In this document: piece after piece, positions 18,719-30,392 of the stretch
Numbering within the stretch: position 1 is the stretch's first letter
Layout: every line of letters begins with the position of its first letter
NCBI GenBank assembly: GCA_965248355.1
Contig: OZ252098.1
Location: 4,736,001 to 4,800,000, forward strand
Direction: 5' to 3'
DNA length: 64,000 nt
From: Candidatus Latescibacterota bacterium
GTDB lineage: Bacteria > Latescibacterota > UBA2968 > UBA8231
The notes under the pieces: generated by a model
What the model was told of the DNA's origin: nothing
Database searches by the model: none
What the model saw: the letters and a program-made list of their open reading frames with translations, nothing else
Position numbers and translations under genes: made by a program

Positions 18719-20434
18719 CTACCCTTGTTCCCTGAGGCGCCGGGTCTCGTCCTCGTCCACCCTCCAGGCCTCGGTATCCACGGCCACGCGGTAGATCTCG
18801 CGGGCGCGGCCGGGATCGACCTTGCCGTCGCGCACGTCCTTCAGGACCCGCTCCGGGTCCCGCTCCTCCGGGGGGCCGTAGCCGCCGCCGCCGCAGGTGC
18901 GGTAGCTGAGGACGTCGCCGGGGCCGAGGGTGACGGTCACCTTGGAGCCGAGGGCCGTGGTCTCCCCGGAGCGCTCCACCAGGTAGCTGGCCTTGCGGCC
19001 GTCGTGTCCGCCGAACAGACCGTGGGGGCCCCAGCGGTCGCGGTCGGCGAGGATGGTGAAGGTGGCCCCCCCGGCCGGGAACCGGTAGTCGCGGCGCATG
19101 CCGAGGCCGCCGCGGTAACGGCCCGGCCCCTCGGAGTCCTCCACCAGCTCGTAGCGCTCGATGCGCACCGGGTAGTTCAGCTCCGTCTCCTCCACCGGGG
19201 CGTTCTCCGTGTTCTGGCCGTGGACCTGCACCGCGTCGGGGCCGTCGCTGCGGCAGCGGCCGCCGTAGCCGCCGCCGAGGGTTTCCAGGAAGCAGTAGTA
19301 CTCGCCCGAGGCCGGGTCGAGGCCGCCGAAGCCGGAGTGGCAGATCATGCCCTTGGTGCCCGCCGGCACGCGCTCGGGGAGGGCCTGCGAGAGGGCCCGG
19401 AAGGTCACCTCCACGAGCCGCATGTGGGTCTCCCAGCCGCCGACCACCGGCGCCGGCGGCCGGCAGTTGACCACCGTGCCCTCCGGGGCGACGAGGCGCA
19501 CCGAGCGGTAGAAGCCGGCGTTCAGGGGCACGTCGGTGTCGATGGCGCAGCGCAGCACGTAGGCGGCCACGGCGTAGGTCATGGAGAGGGTGGAGTTCAC
19601 CGGCGCCGGGCGCTGCTCGTCGCAGCCGCTGAAGTCGAAGAGGATTCCCTCCTCGTCGATGACGACCTTCACCGCCAGCCGCACCGGCCGGTCGGTGAAA
19701 CCGTCGTTGTCGACCACGCCCTCGGCGGCGAACTCCCCCCGCGGGAGCCGGGCGATCTCGTCGCGCGTGAGCCGGTCGGCGTAGTCGATGAGCCGCTCCG
19801 CATAGCCCTCCACCGTCTCCCTCCCGTAGCGCCGGTAGAGGTCGGTGAGCCGCCGGATGCCGGTGTTGTTGGCCGCCACCTGGGCGCGGAAGTCACCGGC
19901 CGTCTCGCGCTTGGAGCGGATCTGCCCGAGGATCAGCCGGAAGACGTCGGGGTTCATCGCGCCTCCGGTCACCAGCTTCACGGGCGGGATGATGACCCCT
20001 TCCTGGTAGACCTCCTGGAAGGCGCCGACGCTGGCCGGGGCCCCGCCGCCCACGTCGACGTGGTGGGCGAGGTTGGCGACGAAGCCGCACAGTTCCTCCT
20101 CATAGTAGACGGGGGCGATGAGGAAGATGTCGTTGAGGTGAACGCCGCCCCGGTAGGGGTCGTTCATGACGATGGCGTCCCCCGGGCCCAGGTTCTCGAC
20201 GCCGTAGTCCTCGAGGGCCATGGGCACGAGGCGCACCATCGACCCGAGGTGGTTGGCCTGGGCGAAGGCCTGGGCCAGGACGTTGGCGCCGCGGTCGAAG
20301 ACGGCGCACGAGAAGTCGCAGCGCGTCTTGATGTTGGTGGAGTAGGCGCTGCGCCGCAGGGCGGCGGACATCTCCTCGGTGGTCTCGCCGAGGGCGTTGC
20401 GGATGACCTCGAACTTGATGGGGTCGGTCTTCAC
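18719..20434 (-). CDS. Hydantoinase/5-oxoprolinase subunit B
   Basis: DPIKFEVIRNAL, NDPYRGGVHLND, HHVDVGG, YQEG, GPGRYRGGLG, GGGGYGPP.ERDP. Confidence 0.93.
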   Translation of the reverse strand: MKTDPIKFEVIRNALGETTEEMSAALRRSAYSTNIKTRCDFSCAVFDRGANVLAQAFAQANHLGSMVRLVPMALEDYGVENLGPGDAIVMNDPYRGGVHLNDIFLIAPVYYEEELCGFVANLAHHVDVGGGAPASVGAFQEVYQEGVIIPPVKLVTGGAMNPDVFRLILGQIRSKRETAGDFRAQVAANNTGIRRLTDLYRRYGRETVEGYAERLIDYADRLTRDEIARLPRGEFAAEGVVDNDGFTDRPVRLAVKVVIDEEGILFDFSGCDEQRPAPVNSTLSMTYAVAAYVLRCAIDTDVPLNAGFYRSVRLVAPEGTVVNCRPPAPVVGGWETHMRLVEVTFRALSQALPERVPAGTKGMICHSGFGGLDPASGEYYCFLETLGGGYGGRCRSDGPDAVQVHGQNTENAPVEETELNYPVRIERYELVEDSEGPGRYRGGLGMRRDYRFPAGGATFTILADRDRWGPHGLFGGHDGRKASYLVERSGETTALGSKVTVTLGPGDVLSYRTCGGGGYGPPEERDPERVLKDVRDGKVDPGRAREIYRVAVDTEAWRVDEDETRRLREQG

Positions 20435-20450
20435 GGCTCTCGGCGCCGGG

Positions 20451-21620
20451 TCAGGCGCGGTTCCCCGAGCCCCAGACCGAGGTGAAGTAGTCGCCCTCGT
20501 GGAACCGGTTGGGACGCAGGGGATGGAGGTCGACCTCGGGCTCCTGGCCGGCGATGACCTGCGCCAGAGACTCGCCGATGGAGGGTCCCAGCTTGAAGCA
20601 GTGGCCGTTGCCGGCGACGCAGGCGTAGTACCCGGGCACCTCCGGCTCGGGACCGACCAGGGGGTGCCAGTCGTCGGTGATGGTGTACATCGAGGCCCAG
20701 CCGCGCACGAAGGTGCCCCCGCGGGCGGCGGGGACGCGGCGGCCGAGGAGGTCCTCGATGCGCTGCCGGGTGGGCGCGTCGATCTCGGGGTCGTAGCGGT
20801 CGATGTCGAGGGGCTCGATCTCCTTGGGGAACCCGAGCCCGGCCAGCAGTTGGCGGGGCCCCGCCGGCCGGGCGTAGAACCGCAGCCGGGGATCCGAGAG
20901 CCAGGGGAACCCCTCCGTCTCGAAGGGGACCTCGAGGACGATGTCTGACTCGCGGCTCCAGCGGAAGGAGTAGTTCAGCCCCACCCAGGAGGCCACGACC
21001 CGCCCCCAGCCCCCGGCGGCGTTGACCACCACCGGCGTCGAGATCGGGCCCTCGTCGGTCTCCACGCCGGCCACGCGGTCCCCCTCCATTAGGATCCCGG
21101 TGGCGCCCACGCCCTCGCGCACCGTCAGCCCCCAGGGCCCGGCCGCCGAGGCCAGCAGCCGGGTGGTGGCCAGGGGGTCGGCGTACCCGGAGCGCGGCTC
21201 GAAGATGCCGGCCCGCACCTGCTCCAGATCGACCACGGGGAAGCGGTCCCCTAGCGCCTCGGGGGAGAGTTCCTCCACGGGCACGCCCAGCTCGCGCTCC
21301 ATCCCGGCCACCTGCCGCCCCTGGTCGAGGCTGTCCTCGTCGAGCAGGGTGAGATAGCCGGTCTGCCGGAAGCCGCAGGAACCCCCGAAGACCTCCTGCG
21401 CGTCGACGAACATGCCGGCCGAGCGCACGGCCAGGCGGATGGTGAGGGGGTTGGAGTAGAAGGTGCGGATGGCGGCGGCCGAGTGTCCGGTGCTGACCGC
21501 GGCGAGGGTGCGTTTTTCGAGCAGCACCACCGATCCGAAGCCCAGTCTGGTGAGGAAGTGGGCGGTGCTGACGCCGAGGATGCCGCCCCCGATGACGACG
21601 GCGTCGGCGGTCGATGACAT
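20451..21620 (-). CDS. FAD-dependent oxidoreductase, DAO/sarcosine oxidase beta-like
   Basis: VVIGGGILG, STGHSAA, VVNAAGGW, YTITDDWHPLVG, GHCFKLGP. Confidence 0.88.
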   Translation of the reverse strand: MSSTADAVVIGGGILGVSTAHFLTRLGFGSVVLLEKRTLAAVSTGHSAAAIRTFYSNPLTIRLAVRSAGMFVDAQEVFGGSCGFRQTGYLTLLDEDSLDQGRQVAGMERELGVPVEELSPEALGDRFPVVDLEQVRAGIFEPRSGYADPLATTRLLASAAGPWGLTVREGVGATGILMEGDRVAGVETDEGPISTPVVVNAAGGWGRVVASWVGLNYSFRWSRESDIVLEVPFETEGFPWLSDPRLRFYARPAGPRQLLAGLGFPKEIEPLDIDRYDPEIDAPTRQRIEDLLGRRVPAARGGTFVRGWASMYTITDDWHPLVGPEPEVPGYYACVAGNGHCFKLGPSIGESLAQVIAGQEPEVDLHPLRPNRFHEGDYFTSVWGSGNRA

Positions 21621-21718
21621 GTCTCTCTCCGGTGAATGGGCTGGTTGCCCCGGCCGGTCAATTAACGCAAGTTCCGGCCCATGGGCCACGCGCCGTCACC
21701 AGTGAAAGGAACGTCCTC

Positions 21719-22666
21719 GTGAACGACAGCGGAGCACCCCGGATCGCGGGCGCCGTGCCTGTCCTGGCCATGCCCTTCGACGACCAGGGGGTCATCGACG
21801 AGGACGGCCTGCGGCGCCAGCTCGACTTCTGCATCGAGGCCGGCTCGGAGGCCCTGGCCTTCGGCAAGGGCAGCGAGAGCGCCGTCCTCACCGACTCGGA
21901 GAAGGTCCGCGTCTGGAGCCTGGCGGCGCGGCACGTCGATGGCCGCGTGCCCGTGATCGCGGCCACCGCCCACGCCAGCCGGCAGGGCACCCTCGAGCAT
22001 ACGGGCCTCGCCCGGGACTGCGGCGTCGACTGCGCCATGGTCAACCCCGCCCCGTACGCCGGCGACGATCTGGTGGGCCTGTTCCGCGACCTGTCCGAGG
22101 GCGTGGACCTGCCGCTGATGGTCCAGGACGCCGGCGGCAACGCCCCGGCCGAGGTGCTGCTGCGGGCCGTGGACGAGGCGCCGCGCGTCAGCTGCCTCAA
22201 GCTGGAGTCGCAGAGGGCCCCGGACAAGATCGGCGCCGTCGTCGACGGGCTGCGGGAGCGCGGCCTGCTGGGCGGCGGCCCCCGGGAGCTCACCGTCCTC
22301 GGCGGCGGCAACGGCAACTGGCTGCCCGAGGAGCTGGACCGCGGCTCCGTGGGCAGCATGCCCCACCCGGCCCTGATCGACGCCTTCCGCACCGTCTGCG
22401 ACCACTACGCCGCCGGCGACCCCGAGGCCGGCCGCCAGGCCTATCACGGCGTCCTGGCCCCGGTGCTGAGGGCCCTGACCGTCGGCTCCGCGTCCCCCCT
22501 CTGGCTGCACAAGACCCTCTTCGTGCGCGCCGGCATCTTCCGCAGCGCCCACTGCCGCCGCGGCGCCTCGGCCCTGCCCGACTGGCTCATGGAGCAGGTC
22601 CTGGGCCACCTCGACGCCCACGGTTTCGCCATCTCCCGGCGGATCGCATCCGGCCAGGGCGGCTGA
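21719..22666 (+). CDS. Dihydrodipicolinate synthase/N-acetylneuraminate lyase family aldolase
   Basis: PFDDQG.IDE, GRVPVIA, PLMVQD, Schiff-base Lys in CLKLE; GAAAGGA RBS before GTG. Confidence 0.85.
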   Translation: MNDSGAPRIAGAVPVLAMPFDDQGVIDEDGLRRQLDFCIEAGSEALAFGKGSESAVLTDSEKVRVWSLAARHVDGRVPVIAATAHASRQGTLEHTGLARDCGVDCAMVNPAPYAGDDLVGLFRDLSEGVDLPLMVQDAGGNAPAEVLLRAVDEAPRVSCLKLESQRAPDKIGAVVDGLRERGLLGGGPRELTVLGGGNGNWLPEELDRGSVGSMPHPALIDAFRTVCDHYAAGDPEAGRQAYHGVLAPVLRALTVGSASPLWLHKTLFVRAGIFRSAHCRRGASALPDWLMEQVLGHLDAHGFAISRRIASGQGG

Positions 22667-22670
22667 CCGG

Positions 22671-23756
22671 ATGCCCCTCGCGGCACCGCGGCTCCCGGAG
22701 CGGCCCGGCCGGATGCGCCCCCCCGCACCACGGCGCGGCTTTCCGCCTCGGGCGGCAGCCATCGCGGCGGTCCTGGCCTTCGGCGCCTGCACCGGGCCTC
22801 TGGCCGCCGCGGATTCCGCGGAGACGGGCGAATCGTCCTGCGGCGAGGTGACCATCGCCGAGATGAACTGGGCCTCGGCGGCGGTGGCCGCCCACGTGGT
22901 GGATCTCATCCTCTCCGAGGGCTACGGCTGCGACACCGACCTGGTGCCCGGCGACACGGTGCCCACGGTGACCTCCATGACCGAGAAGAGCGAGCCTGAC
23001 GTCGCCCCCGAGGTCTGGATCAACGCCGCCCGCGAGGCCGTGGAGAAGGCCGTCGCCGAGGGGCGGCTGAAGATCGCCGGCGAAATCCTCTCCGACGGCG
23101 GCCTCGAAGGCTGGTGGATCCCCGACTACATGGTCGAGGAGCACCCGGAGCTGACCACCCTGGAGGCGGTGCGCGGGCGGCCGGACCTCTTTCCCGACAA
23201 GGAGGAGCCGGGCAAGGGCCGCTTCTACGGCTGCCCGCCGGGCTGGGCCTGCGAGCACCTGAACGCCAACCTCTTCAAGGCCTACGGCATGGAAGAGGCG
23301 GGCTTCACCCTTTTCAACCCGGGCTCCTCCGAGGGGCTGAAGGCGGCCATCGCCCGGCAGTACGAGCGCCGGCGGCCGATCTTCGCCTACTACTGGGCGC
23401 CTACGGCGCTCCTCGGCCGCTACCCGCTGGTGCGGCTCGGCGGCATGGTCCACGATCCCGAGACCTGGGAGTGCATCGCCGACAAGGACTGCCCCGATCC
23501 GCAACCCAACGGCTGGGAGCCCAGCGTCGTGCTCACCGTGGTCACCTCCCGCTTCGCCGAGGAGTCGCCCGAGGCCTTCGAGTTCGTCTCCCGCTTCTCC
23601 TGGTCGAACGAGGTGGTCAACGGCTACCTGGGCTGGCAGGACGAGCGCCAGGCCACGGCCCGCGAGACGGCCGAGCACTTCCTCGGCAACAACGAGGAGG
23701 TCTGGCGGGCCTGGGTGCCCGAAGAGGTGGCGGAGAAGGTGAAGGCCGGCCTCTAA
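22671..23756 (+). CDS. Glycine betaine/proline/histidine-type ABC transporter substrate-binding protein
   Basis: CGEVTIAEMNWAS, GYGC...VPG, APEVW, GCPPGW.C, YYWAPT; start uncertain. Confidence 0.88.
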   Translation: MPLAAPRLPERPGRMRPPAPRRGFPPRAAAIAAVLAFGACTGPLAAADSAETGESSCGEVTIAEMNWASAAVAAHVVDLILSEGYGCDTDLVPGDTVPTVTSMTEKSEPDVAPEVWINAAREAVEKAVAEGRLKIAGEILSDGGLEGWWIPDYMVEEHPELTTLEAVRGRPDLFPDKEEPGKGRFYGCPPGWACEHLNANLFKAYGMEEAGFTLFNPGSSEGLKAAIARQYERRRPIFAYYWAPTALLGRYPLVRLGGMVHDPETWECIADKDCPDPQPNGWEPSVVLTVVTSRFAEESPEAFEFVSRFSWSNEVVNGYLGWQDERQATARETAEHFLGNNEEVWRAWVPEEVAEKVKAGL

Positions 23757-23816
23757 CCCGCCCGGGGCCTGCCGCGAACAGGCCGGCGTACCGGCCGGCC
23801 GAAGGGAGGAACGCCG

Positions 23817-24692
23817 ATGGCGGACTGGCTGCGGGAATTCCCGACTCTCGAGGTGGGCGAGTTGCGCGCCCTGAAGAAGTCCTTCGACGCGGGCTACCGG
23901 GGGTTCTCCCGGGAGTACGGCGAGGCGATCGAGGCGTTGTTCGACCCCCTCCTCTACGTCCTCATCCGCTTCGAGCAGCTCCTTCTCGCCACGCCCTGGT
24001 GGCTGATGATCGCGGTCATCGCCGGGTTGTGCTACGTGGCGAGCCGGAGCCGGTGGCTCACCGCCGGCGTGGTCGTCACGTTCTTCGCCATCGGCTATTT
24101 CGGCATGTGGGAGGACACGATGCGCACCCTCGCCATCATCCTCGTCTCCACCCTCATGGCCGTGGCCGCCGGCATCCCCGCCGGGATCGCCATGTCGCGC
24201 TGGGACCGGGTGCAGGCCGTGGGCACCCCCGTGCTCGACATCATGCAGACCATGCCGATCTTCGTCTACCTGATCCCGGTGGTCATGCTCTTCGGCCTCG
24301 GCAAGATCCCCGGCGTCATCGCCGTGGTGATCTACGCCGTGCCGCCGGTGATCCGGCTCACCAATCTCGGCATTCGCCTCGTGGACAAGGAGGTGCTGGA
24401 GGCGGCCGACGCCTTCGGCGCCAACACGCGGCGGCGGCTCATCGGCGTCCAGTTGCCCCTGGCCCTGCCCAACATCATGGCCGGCGTCAACCAGACCATC
24501 ATGATGGCCCTCTCCATGGTGGTCATCTCCTCCATGATCGGCGTCAAGGGTCTCGGCCAGCCGGTGCTGCGGGCGGTGACCAACCAGTACTTCGCCCTCG
24601 GCCTGTTCAACGGCGCCGCCGTGGTCGCCCTGGCCATCGTCTTCGACCGGATCACCCAGAGCTGCGGCCGGCGCCTGCAGGCCAACCGTTGA
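23817..24692 (+). CDS. Betaine-type ABC transporter permease (ProW-like)
   Basis: PVLDIMQTMPIFVYLIP, EAADAFG (EAA loop), QLPLALP.IMAGVNQTIMMALSMVVI. Confidence 0.92.
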   Translation: MADWLREFPTLEVGELRALKKSFDAGYRGFSREYGEAIEALFDPLLYVLIRFEQLLLATPWWLMIAVIAGLCYVASRSRWLTAGVVVTFFAIGYFGMWEDTMRTLAIILVSTLMAVAAGIPAGIAMSRWDRVQAVGTPVLDIMQTMPIFVYLIPVVMLFGLGKIPGVIAVVIYAVPPVIRLTNLGIRLVDKEVLEAADAFGANTRRRLIGVQLPLALPNIMAGVNQTIMMALSMVVISSMIGVKGLGQPVLRAVTNQYFALGLFNGAAVVALAIVFDRITQSCGRRLQANR

Positions 24693-24694
24693 CC

Positions 24695-25753
24695 ATGCAG
24701 TCGCCGCCGGCCGACATCGAGATCCGCGGCCTCTACAAGATCTTCGGCCGCGACGCGGACGCGGCCATGGCCTTGGTGCGCGAGGGCGTCGGCAAGGAGG
24801 AGCTGCTCGCCGACCACGACCACGTCCTCGGCCTGCGCCGCATCGACCTGACCATCGAGGAGCACACGATCCAGGTCGTCATGGGGCTCAGCGGCTCGGG
24901 CAAGTCGACCCTGATCCGCCACGTGAACCGGCTCATCGAGCCCACCGAGGGCGACGTGCGCGTGGGCGGCGAGGACGTGATGGCCCTCGACCGGAAGGAG
25001 CTGCAGGACTTCCGCCGGCACCGGGTGAGCATGGTCTTCCAGCGCTTCGCCCTCTTCCCCCACAAGACGGTCATGGAGAACGTGGCCTACGGCCTGAGGA
25101 TGCAGGAGGTGCCGGTCGCCGAGAGGACGGACCGCGCCGGGCGCTGGATCGAGCGCGTCGGCCTGATGGGCTACGAGGACTCCTACCCGGCGCGCCTGTC
25201 GGGGGGCATGCAGCAGCGCGTCGGACTGGCGCGGGCCCTGGCCACCGACGCCGGGATCCTGCTCATGGACGAGCCCTTCAGCGCCCTCGACCCCCTCATC
25301 CGCACCGACATGCAGGGCCTCCTGCTGGAGCTGCAGCAGGAGCTGAGGAAGACCATCGTCTTCGTCACCCACGACCTCGAGGAGGCCATCGAGATCGGCG
25401 ACCGCATCGCCATCCTGCGCGACGGCGAGATCGTCCAGAACGGCGATCCCCAGCAGATCGTCCTGGAACCGGTGGACGACTACATCGCCGACTTCACGCG
25501 CAACATCAACCGCGGCCGCGTCCTGCGCGTGGGCTCCCTCATGGAGCCGGCGAAGGACGGCCTGCGGGGGCCGCCCCGCCTCTCCCCGGAGATGTCCCTG
25601 GGCGACGCCCTGCCCCTGGTGACGCCCCCGGCCCCCGGCGAGGCCCCCGTGGTCGACGAGAGCGGCGAGACGGTGGGCTCGATCTCGGCGGGGCGGATCG
25701 TTGGGGCTTTGGGGGAGGGGGCGGCCGCAGAGGGTACCCATGGGCCCGGCTGA
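24695..25753 (+). CDS. Betaine-type ABC transporter ATP-binding protein (ProV-like)
   Basis: GLSGSGKS, LSGGMQQRVGLARAL, LLMDEPFSALDP, FVTHD; true start ATG 24695 within track ORF 23114..25753. Confidence 0.93.
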   Translation: MQSPPADIEIRGLYKIFGRDADAAMALVREGVGKEELLADHDHVLGLRRIDLTIEEHTIQVVMGLSGSGKSTLIRHVNRLIEPTEGDVRVGGEDVMALDRKELQDFRRHRVSMVFQRFALFPHKTVMENVAYGLRMQEVPVAERTDRAGRWIERVGLMGYEDSYPARLSGGMQQRVGLARALATDAGILLMDEPFSALDPLIRTDMQGLLLELQQELRKTIVFVTHDLEEAIEIGDRIAILRDGEIVQNGDPQQIVLEPVDDYIADFTRNINRGRVLRVGSLMEPAKDGLRGPPRLSPEMSLGDALPLVTPPAPGEAPVVDESGETVGSISAGRIVGALGEGAAAEGTHGPG

Positions 25754-26351
25754 GCCGCCGCCCCCCGACCGCCTCGCCGAGCAGATCGGGTTCATCGTCG
25801 CCGCGGACCGGCTCAAGCAGGTCTTCCGGCGGTCGCGGCTCACCGACGACGACCGCTGGGAGAACGACGCCGAGCACTCCTGGCACCTGGCGCTGATGGC
25901 GCTGGTCCTGCGCGAGCACGCCGCCGAGGAGGTGGACCTGTGCAAGGTGCTGACCATGCACCTGATCCACGACCTCGTGGAGATCGACGCCGGCGACACC
26001 TTCGCCTACGACGAGGCCGCCCACGCCGGCAAGGAGGAGCGGGAGCGCGCCGCGGCGGAGCGCATCTTCGGCCTGCTGCCCGCCGGCCAGGGCGACTCCC
26101 TGCGGCGGCTGTGGGAGGAGTTCGAGGGGCGCGAGACCCCGGAGGCCCGCTACGCGGCCGCCCTCGACCGCCTGCAGCCCCTGCTGCTCAACTACCACAT
26201 GCGCGGCGTCACCGGCTGGCGGCGGCACGGCGTGTGCGCGCCCCAGGTGGTGGCCCGCAACCGGCACATCGCCGAGGGCTCGCCGGCGCTGTGGGAGTTC
26301 GCCCGGCGGCTGATCGCGGACTCGGTGAAAGAGGGAAAGCTGGAGGGCTAG
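25740..26351 (+). CDS. HD-domain hydrolase (HD_3 / YfbR-like)
   Basis: ENDAEHSWH, LIHDLVEIDAGD, LWEEFE...TPEA, DRLQP. Confidence 0.88.
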   Translation: MGPAEPPPPDRLAEQIGFIVAADRLKQVFRRSRLTDDDRWENDAEHSWHLALMALVLREHAAEEVDLCKVLTMHLIHDLVEIDAGDTFAYDEAAHAGKEERERAAAERIFGLLPAGQGDSLRRLWEEFEGRETPEARYAAALDRLQPLLLNYHMRGVTGWRRHGVCAPQVVARNRHIAEGSPALWEFARRLIADSVKEGKLEG

Positions 26352-27658
26352 GAGCCCGCGCCGCCGGGCTGGAAGCGCTCCAGGCTCAAGCGCTCGGCCC
26401 GGGCGCGGCCGAGCCGCACCCGCAGGTGGACCTCCTGCGGGTTGTAGGACTGCTCGAGGACCTCCCCCTGCTCGTGCAGCTGCGACAGCAGCCGGCCCTC
26501 GGCCTGGGGGATGCGCAGGTCGAGGGTGACCTGCTGCTCCTGGCAGTGGATGCGGATCTGGTGGCGCAACTCGTCCAGGCCGGCGCCGGTGAGAGCCGAC
26601 ACGGCCACCTGGCCCTCCTCCGCGCAGACGTCCTCTTCCTCTTCCTCCTCCTCGCCCCTGTCGATCCGGTCGATCTTGTTGTGGACCACCAGCACGGGGC
26701 GGTCCCCGATGCCCAGGTCGGCGAGGACGCCCTCCACCGTTTCCATCTGATGGACGTAGTGCGGGTGCGACCGGTCGACCACGTGCAGCAGCAGGTCGGC
26801 CTCGGCCGTCTCCTCCAGGGTGGCGCGGAAGGAGGCGAAGAGGTGATGGGGCAGGCGCTTGATGAAGCCCACCGTGTCGGTGAGCAGGATCCGGGGCCCG
26901 CCCTCGAGGCCGACGGACCGGGTCGTGGAGTCGAGGGTGGCGAAGAGCTGGTCCTGGACGAGGACGTCGGCGCCGGACAGGGCCCGCATGAGGGTGGACT
27001 TGCCGGCGTTGGTGTAGCCCACGAGGGCGACGCGGAAGAGATCGCCGCGGGCCTTGCGGGAGGTGGCCATCTGCGAGCCGATGCGGTTCAGCTCGCTCTG
27101 CAGGGTGCCGATGCGGCCGCGGACCAGGCGGCGGTCGACCTCCAGCTGGGTCTCCCCGGGGCCGCGGCCACCGGCGGCGCCCATGCCGCGGATGGAGCCG
27201 CCCCCGGCCTGGCGCGACAGGTGGGTCCACTGCCGGGTGAGGCGCGGCAGCAGGTACTTGAGCTGCGCCAGCTCCACCTGCACGTGGGCCGAGCGCGTGC
27301 GGGCGTGGCGGGCGAAGATGTCGAGGATGATGGCGCTGCGGTCGAGGATGCGCATCTCCGTGAGCTCCTCGAGGTTGCGCATCTGGGCCGGGGACAGGTC
27401 GTTGTCGAAGATGATCATGTCGGCCCCGGAGCGCTCCGCCAGCTCCTTCAGCTCCTGGGCCTTGCCCTTGCCGATGTAGTAGGCGGCGTCGACCCGGGGC
27501 CGCGTCTGCACCACGCGCTCGACCACGGCCAGGGTCGCCGTGTCGGCCAGCCGGGCGAGCTCGTCGAGGGACTCCTCCACCTCCCACACGGGCCGGCCCG
27601 GCAGGGCCAGGCCCACGAGCAGGGCGGACTCGCGGGGCACGGCGGTGGGGTGGCTCAT
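26348..27658 (-). CDS. hflX: GTPase HflX
   Basis: ELARLADTA, GKGK, QVELAQLKYLLPRL, GPGETQLE.DRR, GYTNAGKST, DQLFATLD, DTVGF, NKID. Confidence 0.96.
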   Translation of the reverse strand: MSHPTAVPRESALLVGLALPGRPVWEVEESLDELARLADTATLAVVERVVQTRPRVDAAYYIGKGKAQELKELAERSGADMIIFDNDLSPAQMRNLEELTEMRILDRSAIILDIFARHARTRSAHVQVELAQLKYLLPRLTRQWTHLSRQAGGGSIRGMGAAGGRGPGETQLEVDRRLVRGRIGTLQSELNRIGSQMATSRKARGDLFRVALVGYTNAGKSTLMRALSGADVLVQDQLFATLDSTTRSVGLEGGPRILLTDTVGFIKRLPHHLFASFRATLEETAEADLLLHVVDRSHPHYVHQMETVEGVLADLGIGDRPVLVVHNKIDRIDRGEEEEEEEDVCAEEGQVAVSALTGAGLDELRHQIRIHCQEQQVTLDLRIPQAEGRLLSQLHEQGEVLEQSYNPQEVHLRVRLGRARAERLSLERFQPGGAGS

Positions 27659-27664
27659 GCAGGC

Positions 27665-27694
27665 AATATCCCCGGACCACGGGAACGATGTCAA
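27665..27694 (-). promoter_or_regulatory. Sigma70-type promoter for hflX, probably giving a leaderless mRNA
   Basis: TTGACA-N18-GATATT, then 6 nt to ATG; no SD. Confidence 0.5.
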
Positions 27695-27739
27695 GCGCCG
27701 GGCCGGCCCGGGGGCGCCCGGCGGGGGCGGCTGCCGACC

Positions 27740-27783
27740 TTGACGCAGTACGACACAGAAGTGTAAGTTAATACGCGACTTAC
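27740..27783 (+). promoter_or_regulatory. Sigma70-type promoter for lon with overlapping inverted repeat
   Basis: TTGACG-N18-TAAGTT; GTAAGT-N9-ACTTAC at 27763-27783. Confidence 0.45.
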
Positions 27784-27813
27784 GACGCCAATCAGGCACC
27801 CTGGGAGAGAGCC

Positions 27814-30318
<2,505 letters not shown>

Positions 30319-30392
30319 GCCGGGGCGGGTCCGGCCCCCGGCGTCAGGGCGCCGGGCGTCCCTGAGCGGCCCCCCGGGTCTCCATTCCAGTC

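Noticed and set aside
22671..25753. TMAO transporter TmoXWV or a specific proVWX assignment
   Set aside because: Binding-protein motifs do not match what I recall of TmoX, and substrate cannot be fixed from sequence by eye; gene symbols withheld.
26631..26652. Phase-variable simple repeat in hflX (poly-Glu)
   Set aside because: Mixed GAG/GAA trinucleotides, in frame; length change would not switch expression.
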